From Thermoanaerobaculia bacterium (GTDB taxonomy: Bacteria; Acidobacteriota; Thermoanaerobaculia; Gp7-AA8): a DNA stretch of 64,000 nt. Positions within the stretch are counted from its first letter, which is position 1, and the number at the start of each line of letters is the position of its first letter. The notes under the pieces are model-generated. The model had not been told where the DNA came from. It saw only the letters and a list, made by a program, of their open reading frames with translations, and searched no databases. Shown here piece after piece: positions 11,172 through 20,055 of this stretch. The position numbers were made by a program, and so were the translations under genes. The stretch spans positions 1,299 through 65,298 of the forward strand of contig JBIOTX010000042.1 in the NCBI GenBank assembly GCA_044866315.1, in the 5' to 3' direction.

Positions 11172-12113
11172 ATGCTCGAGAAGCTGAAAGCCGCCATGCG
11201 CTCCGGAGGGGATGACCCCAAACCCTTCCCGCGGAAGACGACCGAGGTCCGCCTGGAGGCGCTCGACGACCAGAAGTCCGTCGAGCGGGCCCACACCCAC
11301 GAGCCGGCGCTGATCATGCTCGAGGGCGACCTGCCGGGACAGGTCTTCCGCGTTCGCCCGGGGCGGCAGGTCATCGGCCGGCGTCCGGAGTGCGACATCC
11401 GCGTGCGCGAGCGCGCGGTGAGCGGCGTCCACGCCGAGATCACCCGCGTGCGCGACGTGGTCACGATCAACGACCTGGCCAGCACGAACGGGACGCTGGT
11501 CAACGGCATGCGCATCCGCACCCCGGTGTCGCTGGTGCAGGGGAGCCTGCTCAAGCTCGGCAACTGCGTGTTCAAGTTCGTCGACTCCCTGCTGGAGGTC
11601 GAGTTCACCGAGGCCTTGCACAAGCGGGGGATCACCGACCAGCTGACCGGCGCGTTCAACAAGTCCTACCTCGTCGCCCGCCTCGGGTTCGTGATCGACA
11701 CGACCTCGGAGGCCCGGCCGGTCAGCGTGATCGCCTTCGACTTCGACGAGTTCAAGCAGGTCAACGACCAGTACGGGCACGCCGCCGGCGATCACATCCT
11801 GCGCGTGACCACGGCCCTCATCAGCGAGAACTTCGTCCGCCGCGGCGATCTCTTCGCCCGCATGGGCGGCGAGGAGTTCGTGCTGGTGCTGCCCGACACC
11901 CAGCTCGCCGCCGCCGTCGAGGTGGCCGAGCGCATCCGCCGCACGCTGGAGGAGCGGACGTTCGACTACGAGGGCGAGGCCATCCGCCTCACCTCCTCGT
12001 TCGGCGTCTGCATGGCCACCAGCCCGGTCGAGCAGCCCGACAGCCTCCTCGCCCGCGCCGACGAACTGCTGTACCGCTCCAAGCGCGAGGGGCGGAACCG
12101 CGTCAGCGCGTAA
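11172..12113 (+). CDS. FHA domain-containing diguanylate cyclase (GGDEF)
   Basis: FHA-like segment: VIGRRPECDIRVRERAVSGVHAEI...NDLASTNGTLVNG. GGDEF domain with DQYGHAAGD and the active-site motif GGEEF. Confidence 0.85.
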   Translation: MLEKLKAAMRSGGDDPKPFPRKTTEVRLEALDDQKSVERAHTHEPALIMLEGDLPGQVFRVRPGRQVIGRRPECDIRVRERAVSGVHAEITRVRDVVTINDLASTNGTLVNGMRIRTPVSLVQGSLLKLGNCVFKFVDSLLEVEFTEALHKRGITDQLTGAFNKSYLVARLGFVIDTTSEARPVSVIAFDFDEFKQVNDQYGHAAGDHILRVTTALISENFVRRGDLFARMGGEEFVLVLPDTQLAAAVEVAERIRRTLEERTFDYEGEAIRLTSSFGVCMATSPVEQPDSLLARADELLYRSKREGRNRVSA

Positions 12114-13047
12114 TTGACACCGCCGTGAAAATCCCATCCACCACCCGCGCCATCCGCGCGTAGTCCAGGGTGTCCGCGGTGTCTCCGGTGGTGTGGTAAT
12201 GCGGGTTCCGCAGGAATGCCGTGTCCGTGACGAGCACCGCCGGGATGCCCGCCGCCCAGTAGTTCCGGTGATCGGACGCGTCGAGGGTCACCGCCGGACC
12301 GGTGAAGCTGTATACGTCGATGCCGCCCGCACCGCGGATGGCCCGTTTGACGTGGCGGGTGAGGGCGCGGTCCGGCCAGCGGCCGCCGACGGTGATGAAG
12401 TCGCCGCGGTCGGGATAGAGCCACTGGAAGAGACGGTTCGGCCAGGTCTGCTTCTCCGCGTAATACCCGATCATCTCCAGGCAGATCATGCCCACACCGC
12501 CGCCTAAGGCCCGCGCGTGCACGGCGCTGCCCATGTTCTCCGAGGCGAAGTGCGGCGGCTCCTCGGTCGAGAAGGCAACGAGCGTCACCGGCGCGTCGGG
12601 AGGCGTGCGGCCGAGGAGGCGGGCCAGCTCGATCAGACCCGCCGTGCCGCTGGCGTTGTCGTCTGCGCCCGGGAGATCGCCGGTCATGGTGAAGGCGTCG
12701 TAATGCGCGCCGACGATCATCGGCGCGCCGTCTCGCGGACCAAAGTGCACCAGGACATTGCGATAGCGGCGCCGGCCTACGTCATAGTGCTGCGACTCCA
12801 CGCGCCCGCCCGACGCGCGGAACGCGCGCTCGATGTACGCCGCCGCGAGCTCGAGATTCTCCGGCTGCGCGGCCCCGCGCGGCCGGGCCGTGGTCGTGAG
12901 GAATTCGACGTGCCGGCGAAGCAGGGCCGGATCGGCGCGCGGGCCGCGGAAGGGAAGCCCGGTGAGCGTCGGCTGGCGAATGATCGCCGCGCCCACGGCG
13001 ACGGCGAGAAAGACGGCGATGCCGATTCGCAGCAACGAGCGGATCAT
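12103..13047 (-). CDS. M28 family metallopeptidase (aminopeptidase-like), membrane-anchored or exported
   Basis: The ATG at 13047 gives MIRSLLRIGIAVFLAVAVGAAII. The GADDNASG motif is typical of M28. The 135-codon upstream extension in the ORF track has no supporting features. Confidence 0.75.
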   Translation of the reverse strand: MIRSLLRIGIAVFLAVAVGAAIIRQPTLTGLPFRGPRADPALLRRHVEFLTTTARPRGAAQPENLELAAAYIERAFRASGGRVESQHYDVGRRRYRNVLVHFGPRDGAPMIVGAHYDAFTMTGDLPGADDNASGTAGLIELARLLGRTPPDAPVTLVAFSTEEPPHFASENMGSAVHARALGGGVGMICLEMIGYYAEKQTWPNRLFQWLYPDRGDFITVGGRWPDRALTRHVKRAIRGAGGIDVYSFTGPAVTLDASDHRNYWAAGIPAVLVTDTAFLRNPHYHTTGDTADTLDYARMARVVDGIFTAVSITR

Positions 13048-13139
13048 CACCTCTGAGACGCGACGATCCGCGCGCACGTCACTTGAATCGGTGGAGCGCC
13101 GGTTGCCAGCCGGTCCGTGGGCTGCTAGCCCGCGGTTGT

Positions 13140-13170
13140 CCACCGGTAGGCTGCCGGCGGAACGGCCGGC
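13140..13170. repeat. Direct repeat copy A (29/31 identical to 14217-14247; 23-nt perfect core at 13148-13170)
   Basis: ccaccggtaggctgccggcggaacggccggc compared with ccgccggcaggctgccggcggaacggccggc. It lies downstream of the TA cassette. Confidence 0.85.
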
Positions 13171-13439
13171 ACGTTCAGAGACGCCCGCCCTACAGATCTC
13201 CGACGGCCGCGGCGAGGTCTTCCGTGCTCGTCGTCCTTCCATGCACGCTGGCGATGCGATCTCCGCGAGATTCGAATCACCTCGGGTATAGGGGAGTTTC
13301 GCGACCTCGCCGAAGGAACAGACCCACAGGACAGTCCTGCGACGGAAGAAGTGCCGCCAGCAGGCTCGTAAAACGACGTATCCACGCGTCTTGTTGCGCT
13401 TCTGGTACGCAGTAAGTTGCCGGCCGCACCGGGCGCACG

Positions 13440-13919
13440 TCACTCCAACCACCGCCCAAACACACTCTGCAGAAGAGCGTCGTCGACGTAGAAACTCGTC
13501 GCCTCGAGCCGGCGAATGAGATCCGGAACATCGACGAGTCCCAGATCGGCCGCGGTGCGAAGGACGCCCAGCGTTCCGGTGACGCGAATCTGTCGCCGGC
13601 GTGCTTCCGCCCGCCCGGCGGTCTCGTCGATCAAGAGGAGGTCGGCTCCGATCTTCTGCGCAAGCGCAATGGCTGCTCTTTCGCCGAGATCAAGGTCTGC
13701 TGGCACGGATGCGATGTCATTGGATGTGACCGCCGCAACCGTGATCCACGAGGGTGGCCTCGCCAACCAACCGCTCACCACCGGTGGTGCGGCAGGCTTG
13801 GTGAGCTCCGCGGCGACAGCCTCTGGAATCGCCACTTCCGCGTACAACTGCTGAAGCAGATCCACCTCTCCCAGAAGAATCAAATAGTGGAGAGGACTAC
13901 TGTCCGCGACGACGATCAT
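13440..13919 (-). CDS. DUF3368 / PIN-like nuclease, putative toxin
   Basis: The N-terminus MIVVADSSPLHYLILLG and LLLIDETAGRAEARR fit the DUF3368 family. It overlaps the upstream UPF0175 gene by 4 nt. GC is visibly lower than in the neighbouring genes. Confidence 0.75.
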   Translation of the reverse strand: MIVVADSSPLHYLILLGEVDLLQQLYAEVAIPEAVAAELTKPAAPPVVSGWLARPPSWITVAAVTSNDIASVPADLDLGERAAIALAQKIGADLLLIDETAGRAEARRRQIRVTGTLGVLRTAADLGLVDVPDLIRRLEATSFYVDDALLQSVFGRWLE

Positions 13920-14191
13920 CGCTCGGGAAGAATGCCGAGCTCACGGTGCGCCGCCATGTCGTCTTCGAGATCCGACGCCGTGTAGCGGAGGGAAACGCGG
14001 TGCTCCTTGAGAAGCGCGTGGACTTCCAGCCGCGAGTCCAATCCCAGAAGGCGCCGAACCTGGTTCTCGGTCAGAGCGCCGGTGCGGTAGCCCTCGACGG
14101 CGATTGCCTCGAGCGCGTGCCGCTCCAGATCGGACCAACGCCCTTCCAGCGCTTCCGAGATGTCATCCGGCAGATCGACCTTGACTTGCAT
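13916..14191 (-). CDS. UPF0175 family antitoxin-like protein
   Basis: The 91-aa protein ...EAIAVEGYRTGALTENQVRRLLGL... is the typical partner of DUF3368 proteins. It is translationally coupled (ATGA overlap). Confidence 0.75.
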   Translation of the reverse strand: MQVKVDLPDDISEALEGRWSDLERHALEAIAVEGYRTGALTENQVRRLLGLDSRLEVHALLKEHRVSLRYTASDLEDDMAAHRELGILPER

Positions 14192-14216
14192 GGTACGTCA
14201 ACACTCGATCATAACG

Positions 14217-14247
14217 CCGCCGGCAGGCTGCCGGCGGAACGGCCGGC
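14217..14247. repeat. Direct repeat copy B; its first 21 nt form a perfect 10-bp-arm palindrome
   Basis: ccgccggcag-g-ctgccggcgg (14217-14237). It lies just downstream of the 14260-15480 gene and upstream of the antitoxin start. Confidence 0.85.
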
Positions 14248-14259
14248 CAGCGGCCGGCG

Positions 14260-15480
14260 CTACTTGAAGCTCTTCGGCCGGTCGTCCAGGCGCCGCGCCA
14301 GATCGGCGAGCGCGGCGAGGTAGATCGGCTCGTCGGCGCCGAACTCCAGCGGATGGCGCAGCCCCGAGGCGCGCAGCGTCACCCGGTTCTGATCGGCGTC
14401 GACGACGATGTCGTCGATCGACGGCACGGCGATCTCGACCGGCTTCTGCGACTCCACCACCAGGCGCTTGTTCGTGATCTGCAGGCCGGTGTCGGCGGTC
14501 TCGCCGAGGCGGATCTTCGTGTTGTACAGGCAGTACTCGTTGAGGCGCAGCGGAACGGACGACTCGCAGCGCGGGGCATTGCGATGGTCGATGCCGCGCA
14601 GGCGCTCGAACTGGGCCTCGGCCGAGGCATCGTTCGGGACGTCCTCGTTGCGGATGCCGAATCCCTCCTGAATAGAGCGGACGATCTTCAGCTGCGTCTC
14701 GCCCAGGCGGTCGTCGGCCATGAAGTGCCAGAGGATGGTCGAGTAGAGGGCATGCTTCACCGCCAGCGCGTCCTCGGCGATGAGGCCCGCGGCGTCGCTG
14801 GCGCGGTCCATCAGCTTCGCGACCTCGGCCGCGCGCTCGTGGCCGACCTTCGCCAGGGTGGAGAAGCCGACGTGGAGAACGGTACCGATGGCGGCGTCGG
14901 CCCAGACGGCGTAGGGCATGTCCAGCTTCTCGTTCTCGCGCAGGACCAGTTCGAGGTGCTCGTCGCTCGGATCCTCCCGCAGGCGCTCCAGGGAGGTGGT
15001 GTACGCGGACAACAGCTCGCGATTGCGCGCGTCGCGCTCCTCGCGCTCCTGGCGCACGCGCGCCTCCTGCTGGCGCACCAGCCGGCGCTTCTGGCCGGTC
15101 ATGACCACGGGGATGGCGACGAGGATCAGGCCGAGGATCAGCCAGACCAGGCCGGGCTTGCCCTTGCTCCCCAGCACGGCGAAGCCGATGAGGAGGAAGA
15201 ACGCGCCCGCGCCGAGCATGGCGATCGTGCCGCGGCGCTTGGTGTCCACGAGCTGCGTCCAGAAGGGCGTCGTGGCGATGGAGCGCGGCTTCGGCACCTC
15301 CGGGCTGCGGATCGCGCGCTGGTCGGCGGCGTAGAAGATCTCCGGGCGGTGGCGGATGAACTCGCCATTCGGACCGGTGCTCAGGTCGGGATCGTGGTCG
15401 ATCGACCGGAGCTCCCGCCGCCGCGTCACTGAAAACTGAAAGAAGAAGTTGCCGAGCGGTTTTTGAATGGTAAAGCTCAC
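14260..15480 (-). CDS. Hypothetical two-TM membrane protein with a coiled-coil and a C-terminal bPH-like segment
   Basis: Two hydrophobic helices (IAMLGAGAFFLLIGFAVL, LVWLILGLILVAIPVVM) are followed by a charged R/E-rich helix. The C-terminal GLQITNKRLVVESQKPVEIAVPSIDDIVVD resembles bacterial PH (DUF304-type) domains. Confidence 0.6.
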   Translation of the reverse strand: MSFTIQKPLGNFFFQFSVTRRRELRSIDHDPDLSTGPNGEFIRHRPEIFYAADQRAIRSPEVPKPRSIATTPFWTQLVDTKRRGTIAMLGAGAFFLLIGFAVLGSKGKPGLVWLILGLILVAIPVVMTGQKRRLVRQQEARVRQEREERDARNRELLSAYTTSLERLREDPSDEHLELVLRENEKLDMPYAVWADAAIGTVLHVGFSTLAKVGHERAAEVAKLMDRASDAAGLIAEDALAVKHALYSTILWHFMADDRLGETQLKIVRSIQEGFGIRNEDVPNDASAEAQFERLRGIDHRNAPRCESSVPLRLNEYCLYNTKIRLGETADTGLQITNKRLVVESQKPVEIAVPSIDDIVVDADQNRVTLRASGLRHPLEFGADEPIYLAALADLARRLDDRPKSFK

Positions 15481-15566
15481 GGCGGTCTCGGCGGTGCGAA
15501 ACAGTTGCCAGTTACTGACTCGATGGTTTTGTCACATCGATCCCATCCGCGATGGCTTTGATCCCA

Positions 15567-15947
15567 TCACTTGAGGGTCGCGAGAAAGGCGGTGATGTCT
15601 TTCGCATCGCCGGGCGTGACGCCGACCGGGGCCATGGTCGTCTGGGGGTTGAGCGCGGCCGGGTTCTGGATGAACTGCTCCAGATTCGCGGGCGTGTTCT
15701 GCACCGCGCCCATGCTGATGGCCGGGCGGGAGGCCAGTCCCTCCAGCGAGGGACCGAGGGAGCCCTGCGGGCCTTCGACGCCGGGGATGATGTGGCAGAC
15801 GTTGCAGCCGTACTGCGCCGAGAGCTGCCTGCCGCGCTCCACATTGCCGGCCGGAGGAGCCGGCGATGGCGCCGATGCAGTCTGGGCCGGCTTTTCCGTC
15901 TTCGCGCAGGCGAGCGTCAGAACGAGGAGAAACGCGAGTTGCTTCAT
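15567..15947 (-). CDS. Small exported mono-haem c-type cytochrome (possible lipoprotein)
   Basis: MKQLAFLLVLTLAC signal peptide, a single CNVCH haem motif and a distal Met-rich region. Confidence 0.8.
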   Translation of the reverse strand: MKQLAFLLVLTLACAKTEKPAQTASAPSPAPPAGNVERGRQLSAQYGCNVCHIIPGVEGPQGSLGPSLEGLASRPAISMGAVQNTPANLEQFIQNPAALNPQTTMAPVGVTPGDAKDITAFLATLK

Positions 15948-15965
15948 AGGCGTCTACTTTATGCC

Positions 15966-16529
15966 ATGCGCGTTCGGGTGCCGATCCTCATCGCTCTCTT
16001 CGCCTTTGCCTGCGCGTCCGACTCGATGATCCGCCGCGTGCAGAACTACCGCGCCGCCGCCGCCCGCGGCGACGTCGCCGCGGAGCAGACTTATCTCGCC
16101 CCCGGCGCGCGCATGTTCTTCAACGAGAAGAAAGGCGAGGGCGAGCCCCTCGGGCCCGGCAAAGGCAACTGGGCGCACTGGGACGACTACTTCCACTCCC
16201 GCACGAACATGACCGACTGGCGCGTGGTCGACGGCGCCGTGACCGCGGTCGTGCACGAGACGAACGACTTCTACCGCCTCCTCGACTGGGAGCCGCAGCC
16301 CTACCGGCTGACGTGGTGGCTCGATGGGGGAGGGCGGATCACCGAGGTGCTGCTCACGTCCATTCCGGCGGGACCGCCCAAGAGCCGGATGAACGAGTTC
16401 GAGGAGTGGGCGGCGAAGAACCGGCCGGCGGAGCTGGAGTACCTGATGCCGAAGGGCCGCGTCGATCCGACCGGCGACCGCGCGGAGCGATTCGCGGCGC
16501 TCCTGCGGGAGTGGCGGGCGGTCCGCTAG
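15966..16529 (+). CDS. Hypothetical exported protein (NTF2-like fold possible)
   Basis: The ATG at 15966 gives MRVRVPILIALFAFACAS, a signal peptide. High GC3. No diagnostic motif recognised. Confidence 0.55.
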   Translation: MRVRVPILIALFAFACASDSMIRRVQNYRAAAARGDVAAEQTYLAPGARMFFNEKKGEGEPLGPGKGNWAHWDDYFHSRTNMTDWRVVDGAVTAVVHETNDFYRLLDWEPQPYRLTWWLDGGGRITEVLLTSIPAGPPKSRMNEFEEWAAKNRPAELEYLMPKGRVDPTGDRAERFAALLREWRAVR

Positions 16530-16557
16530 GCACGGCTCTTGGAGCCTTTTTCGCCTG

Positions 16558-17535
16558 ATGCAACGCGTCGTCGTCATCACCGGTGCCACCAGCGGCATCG
16601 GCCACGCCACCGCGCGCGCCTTCGCCCGCCGCGGCGCGTCCGTAGTCGTCGTCAGCCGGAGCATCGAGGCAGTGATGCAAGTGTCGGAGGAAGTCGGCGG
16701 CCTCGGCGTCGTCGCCGACGTCTCGAACTGGGAGGATGTCGAGCGGATCGCCAGGGAGACCGTGGCCCGCTACGGGCGCATCGACGTCTGGGTGAACAAC
16801 GCCGCCGTCGCGGAGTGGTCGCTGGTCGAGGCCATGACCCCTGAGGAGATGCGCCGCGTGGTCGAGGTGAACGTCCTTGGGCCGATGTACGGCGTGCGCG
16901 CGGCGCTGCCGCATCTCCGCCAGAGCCAGGGCGTGATCATCAACCTCGCCTCCGCGCTCGCCAAGCGGGCCGTCCCCCTGCTCTCCACCTACTCCGCGTC
17001 CAAGGCCGCGGTGAAGTCCTTCAGCGACTCACTGCGCATGGAGCTCCGGGCCACCGGCGCGCACGTGGACGTGGTGACCATCCTCCCGTCCGCGATCAAC
17101 ACGCCGTTCTACCGCTGGGGGGCGTCCAGGCTCGGCGTGCGCCCCCATCCCGTGTCCGTCATCTATCCGCCGACCGCCGTCGCCGACGCCATCGTCTCCG
17201 CCGCCGAGCGCCCCCAGCGCGAGATCTTCATCGGCTCCCTCGGCAAGCTTCTCTCCGTGGGCGAGCGCATCAGCCCCGCCCTCCTCGACTGGATCATGCT
17301 CCGCCGCCGCTACATGTTCCGCGAGCAGCACACCTCCATCCCCGACGAAGGGGAGTCCAACCTCTTCCAGAGTCCGGGCGAGACCGACATCGAAGGCTCC
17401 TTCAGCGGCGAGATGCGCCGTACGAGCCTCTACACGAAGGTCGTGGAGATGCGCCCGGGACTGCGGCGGGCCTTGGTCGCCGGAGCGATCCTCGGCGCAG
17501 CAGTGCTGTTCAGGCGACGACGGTCGCCGGATTGA
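16558..17535 (+). CDS. SDR family oxidoreductase with a C-terminal hydrophobic tail
   Basis: TGATSGIG cofactor motif, NNAA, and the YSASKAAVK catalytic YxxxK. Confidence 0.85.
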   Translation: MQRVVVITGATSGIGHATARAFARRGASVVVVSRSIEAVMQVSEEVGGLGVVADVSNWEDVERIARETVARYGRIDVWVNNAAVAEWSLVEAMTPEEMRRVVEVNVLGPMYGVRAALPHLRQSQGVIINLASALAKRAVPLLSTYSASKAAVKSFSDSLRMELRATGAHVDVVTILPSAINTPFYRWGASRLGVRPHPVSVIYPPTAVADAIVSAAERPQREIFIGSLGKLLSVGERISPALLDWIMLRRRYMFREQHTSIPDEGESNLFQSPGETDIEGSFSGEMRRTSLYTKVVEMRPGLRRALVAGAILGAAVLFRRRRSPD

Positions 17536-17803
17536 ACACCGCGTGCGCGTCCGTGAGCTCGACTCTCGGCTGCCCCTCGATCCCGATCTTCGCCACGCCC
17601 GGCATCAGCCGCGTCTCGACGAAGCGCTGGAAGTCCTCGCGGCTGTCCCAGACGTCCATCACTCGGAACCCATCGGCGTCGAACCACGACACATGGAACT
17701 GCGCGCCGGCCGGGGGATTGCCCTCCCAGTTCACCTCGCGCCGCGCCGCCTCGTATTGCTCTCTCGACACCTCGGGCCAGTGCATCCTCATCACCACGGA
17801 CAT
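17510..17803 (-). CDS. Small hypothetical protein (dimeric alpha/beta-barrel/ABM-like, tentative)
   Basis: The ATG at 17803 is preceded by GGAGGTG. 97 aa beginning MSVVMRMHWPEVSREQYEAARREV. Its 3-prime end overlaps the convergent SDR gene by 26 nt. Confidence 0.55.
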   Translation of the reverse strand: MSVVMRMHWPEVSREQYEAARREVNWEGNPPAGAQFHVSWFDADGFRVMDVWDSREDFQRFVETRLMPGVAKIGIEGQPRVELTDAHAVFNPATVVA

Positions 17804-17823
17804 AGCTTCACCTCCGCGGGGAA

Positions 17824-18225
17824 CTACGGATGGGAAGGCGGATCGGACGCCCCCTCCGCACACAATCCCAGCACCGCCTTCGTGAACTCGTCCACGTCGA
17901 AGGGCTTGGAGATCACCACCTTCACCACGTCCAGGTCCAGCTTCGTCAGGGCCTGCTGGGAGACCGCCGAGACCACGGCGATCGGCACGCGGATTCCCTC
18001 CCGTTTGACGAAGTCGATGACCTCGAAGCCGTTCAGGCCCGGGACCATCAGGTCGAGGATGAGGATGGAGTAGCGGTTGTTGCGGAGGCGGTCGATGGCG
18101 GTGTTGCCGTCGGTCACCGTGTCGATTTCCACCTTGTGGCGGGCCAGGAGCTTTTCGACCAGACGGCGGATGGCCGGGTCGTCCTCGACCACGAGGGCGC
18201 GGTGACATTGCGGTTGCGCGTTCAT
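17824..18225 (-). CDS. Single-domain response regulator (CheY-like receiver)
   Basis: RALVVEDDPAIRRL, ILILDLMVPGLNG (phospho-acceptor Asp) and VISKPF are receiver-domain motifs. Confidence 0.8.
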   Translation of the reverse strand: MNAQPQCHRALVVEDDPAIRRLVEKLLARHKVEIDTVTDGNTAIDRLRNNRYSILILDLMVPGLNGFEVIDFVKREGIRVPIAVVSAVSQQALTKLDLDVVKVVISKPFDVDEFTKAVLGLCAEGASDPPSHP

Positions 18226-18289
18226 CCAAAAGCCGGCGGCCAGTCTAGCAGTGGCAAACTGCGGGCCCGAATCCACGTAGACTCCGGGC

Positions 18290-20053
18290 ATGAAGAAGCT
18301 CGCCCTCGCCTTGCTCACCCTCTGCCTGACCGTCCCCGCGCCCGCCCAGGAGCTCTCCGCCGAGGATCTGGACCGGCGGAGGAAGGCCCTCAGCGACCTC
18401 CTCGCCGAGCAATGGGAGTACACCCTGAAGACCTCGCCGGAGTTCGCCTCGATCATCGGCGACAAGCGCTACAACGACCAGGTCAGCGACGTCTCCGAGC
18501 GGGCGGTGATCGCCGACACGGCGGTGACCCGCCGGTTCCTCAAGCGCTTCGAGGCCATCGACACGCGCGGGTTCGGGGAGCAGGAGCGCCTCAACCGCGA
18601 TCTGATGGTCCGCACCCTCCGCCAGGGCCTCGGCTGGGAGCGATTCAAGCCCTGGCAGACCCCGGTCAACCAGATGGGCGGCGTGCACCTCGGCGCGCCG
18701 CAGCTCGCCTCCCTCCTGCCGTTCCAGACCGTCAAGGACTACGACGACTACATCGTCCGCCTGACCAAGTTCCCCAAGATCATGAACGACACCATGACCA
18801 ACATGCGCAAGGGCATGGCCAACCGGCTCATGCCGCCGAAGTTCCTCCTCGAGAAGGTGGCCGAGCAGGCCAAGGGGATCGCCGACACGCCGGCCGACAA
18901 GTCGCCGTTCGCCGTGCCGCTGACCAAGTTCCCGGAGTCCTTCTCCGACGCGGACAAGGAGCGCCTGCGCCGGGACATGCTCGCCGCCATCGAGAAGCAC
19001 GTGATCCCGTCCTACCGGAAGTTCGAGGCCTTCGTGCGCGACGAGTACGCGCCGAAGGGGAGGACCGAGGTGGGCGTGTGGGCGCTGCCGGACGGCGCGG
19101 AGCGGTACGCGTTCGTGGTGCAGAACCAGACCACCACCAACCTCAAGCCGGACGAGATCCACCAGATCGGCCTGCGCGAGGTGGCGCGAATCGAAGGGGA
19201 GATGCTGGAGATCGCGAAGAAGCTCGGCTTCTCGGACCTCAAGTCCTTCAACGCCTCGCTGGAGACGAATCCCGCGGTGAAGGCGAAGTCGGCCCAGCAC
19301 ATCCTCGACTCCTACAGGAAATACATCGACCAGATGTACGAGCGCCTGCCGCAGCTCTTCGGCCGGCTGCCGAAGGCCAAGCTGGTAGTCGAGCCCACGC
19401 AGGCGTTCCGCGAAAAAGAGGCCTCCGGCGCGGAGTACAACACCGGCTCGCCCGACGGCTCGCGTCCCGGCATCGTCTACGTGAACACGTACGACGCCAC
19501 CTCGCGCAAGACCATCTCCTTCGAGTCCACGGCCTACCACGAGGGCGTCCCCGGACATCACATGCAGCTCTCCATTCAGCAGGAGCTGGCCGAGCTGCCG
19601 CCGTTCCGCCAGCAGGGCGGCGAGACCGCCTTCGCCGAGGGCTGGGCACTCTACTCCGAGCGCCTGGGCAAGGAAGTCGGCTTCTACCAGGACCCGTACA
19701 GCGACTACGGCCGTCTCAACGACGAGATGCTCCGGGCCATCCGCCTGGTCGTCGACACCGGACTGCACTCGAAGAAGTGGACCCGCGAGCAGGTCGTGCA
19801 GTACTTCCGCGACCACTCCGCCGTCGATGAGGTGGAGATCCAGTCCGAGACCGACCGCTACATCGTCTGGCCGGGACAGGCCCTGGCCTACAAGATCGGC
19901 CAGCTGAAGATCCTCGAGCTCCGCGAGCGCGCTCACCGCGAGCTCGGCTCGAAGTTCGACATCCGCAGCTTCCACGACGAGGTCCTCGGCGCCGGCGCAC
20001 TGCCCATGCAGACGCTGGAGGAGCGCATCGAGCGCTGGATCCGACGCCAGTAG
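18290..20053 (+). CDS. DUF885 domain-containing exported protein (paralogue 1)
   Basis: MKKLALALLTLCLTVPAPA signal peptide. AYHEGVPGHHMQ metal-binding-like motif. Size and overall pattern match DUF885. Confidence 0.8.
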   Translation: MKKLALALLTLCLTVPAPAQELSAEDLDRRRKALSDLLAEQWEYTLKTSPEFASIIGDKRYNDQVSDVSERAVIADTAVTRRFLKRFEAIDTRGFGEQERLNRDLMVRTLRQGLGWERFKPWQTPVNQMGGVHLGAPQLASLLPFQTVKDYDDYIVRLTKFPKIMNDTMTNMRKGMANRLMPPKFLLEKVAEQAKGIADTPADKSPFAVPLTKFPESFSDADKERLRRDMLAAIEKHVIPSYRKFEAFVRDEYAPKGRTEVGVWALPDGAERYAFVVQNQTTTNLKPDEIHQIGLREVARIEGEMLEIAKKLGFSDLKSFNASLETNPAVKAKSAQHILDSYRKYIDQMYERLPQLFGRLPKAKLVVEPTQAFREKEASGAEYNTGSPDGSRPGIVYVNTYDATSRKTISFESTAYHEGVPGHHMQLSIQQELAELPPFRQQGGETAFAEGWALYSERLGKEVGFYQDPYSDYGRLNDEMLRAIRLVVDTGLHSKKWTREQVVQYFRDHSAVDEVEIQSETDRYIVWPGQALAYKIGQLKILELRERAHRELGSKFDIRSFHDEVLGAGALPMQTLEERIERWIRRQ

Positions 20054-20055
20054 GC

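Noticed and set aside
11172-12113. The GGDEF cyclase as the missing cyclase partner for the DUF5706 effector-like gene
   Set aside because: It is 40 kb away, carries a canonical GGEEF diguanylate cyclase motif rather than a PycC-type class III cyclase, and sits in an unrelated operon.
9048-12137. 1029-aa minus-strand ORF antisense to the GT-C and FHA-GGDEF genes
   Set aside because: This is a shadow ORF. It has no motifs, a skewed Arg/Gly/Asp/His composition, and the opposite strand carries recognisable domains.
13261-13290. tRNA fragment / att site suggested by gattcgaatc (T-loop-like TTCGAAT)
   Set aside because: The flanking bases do not form a T-stem, and no acceptor-stem or CCA-proximal sequence follows on either strand. 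It is only a short palindrome.
17510-18229. 239-aa minus-strand ORF merging the small ABM-like gene with the region antisense to the response regulator
   Set aside because: The upstream 142 codons are Arg/Gly/Pro-rich and overlap the well-supported receiver gene in another frame. An internal ATG at 17803 with a GGAGGTG RBS gives a compact 97-aa protein.
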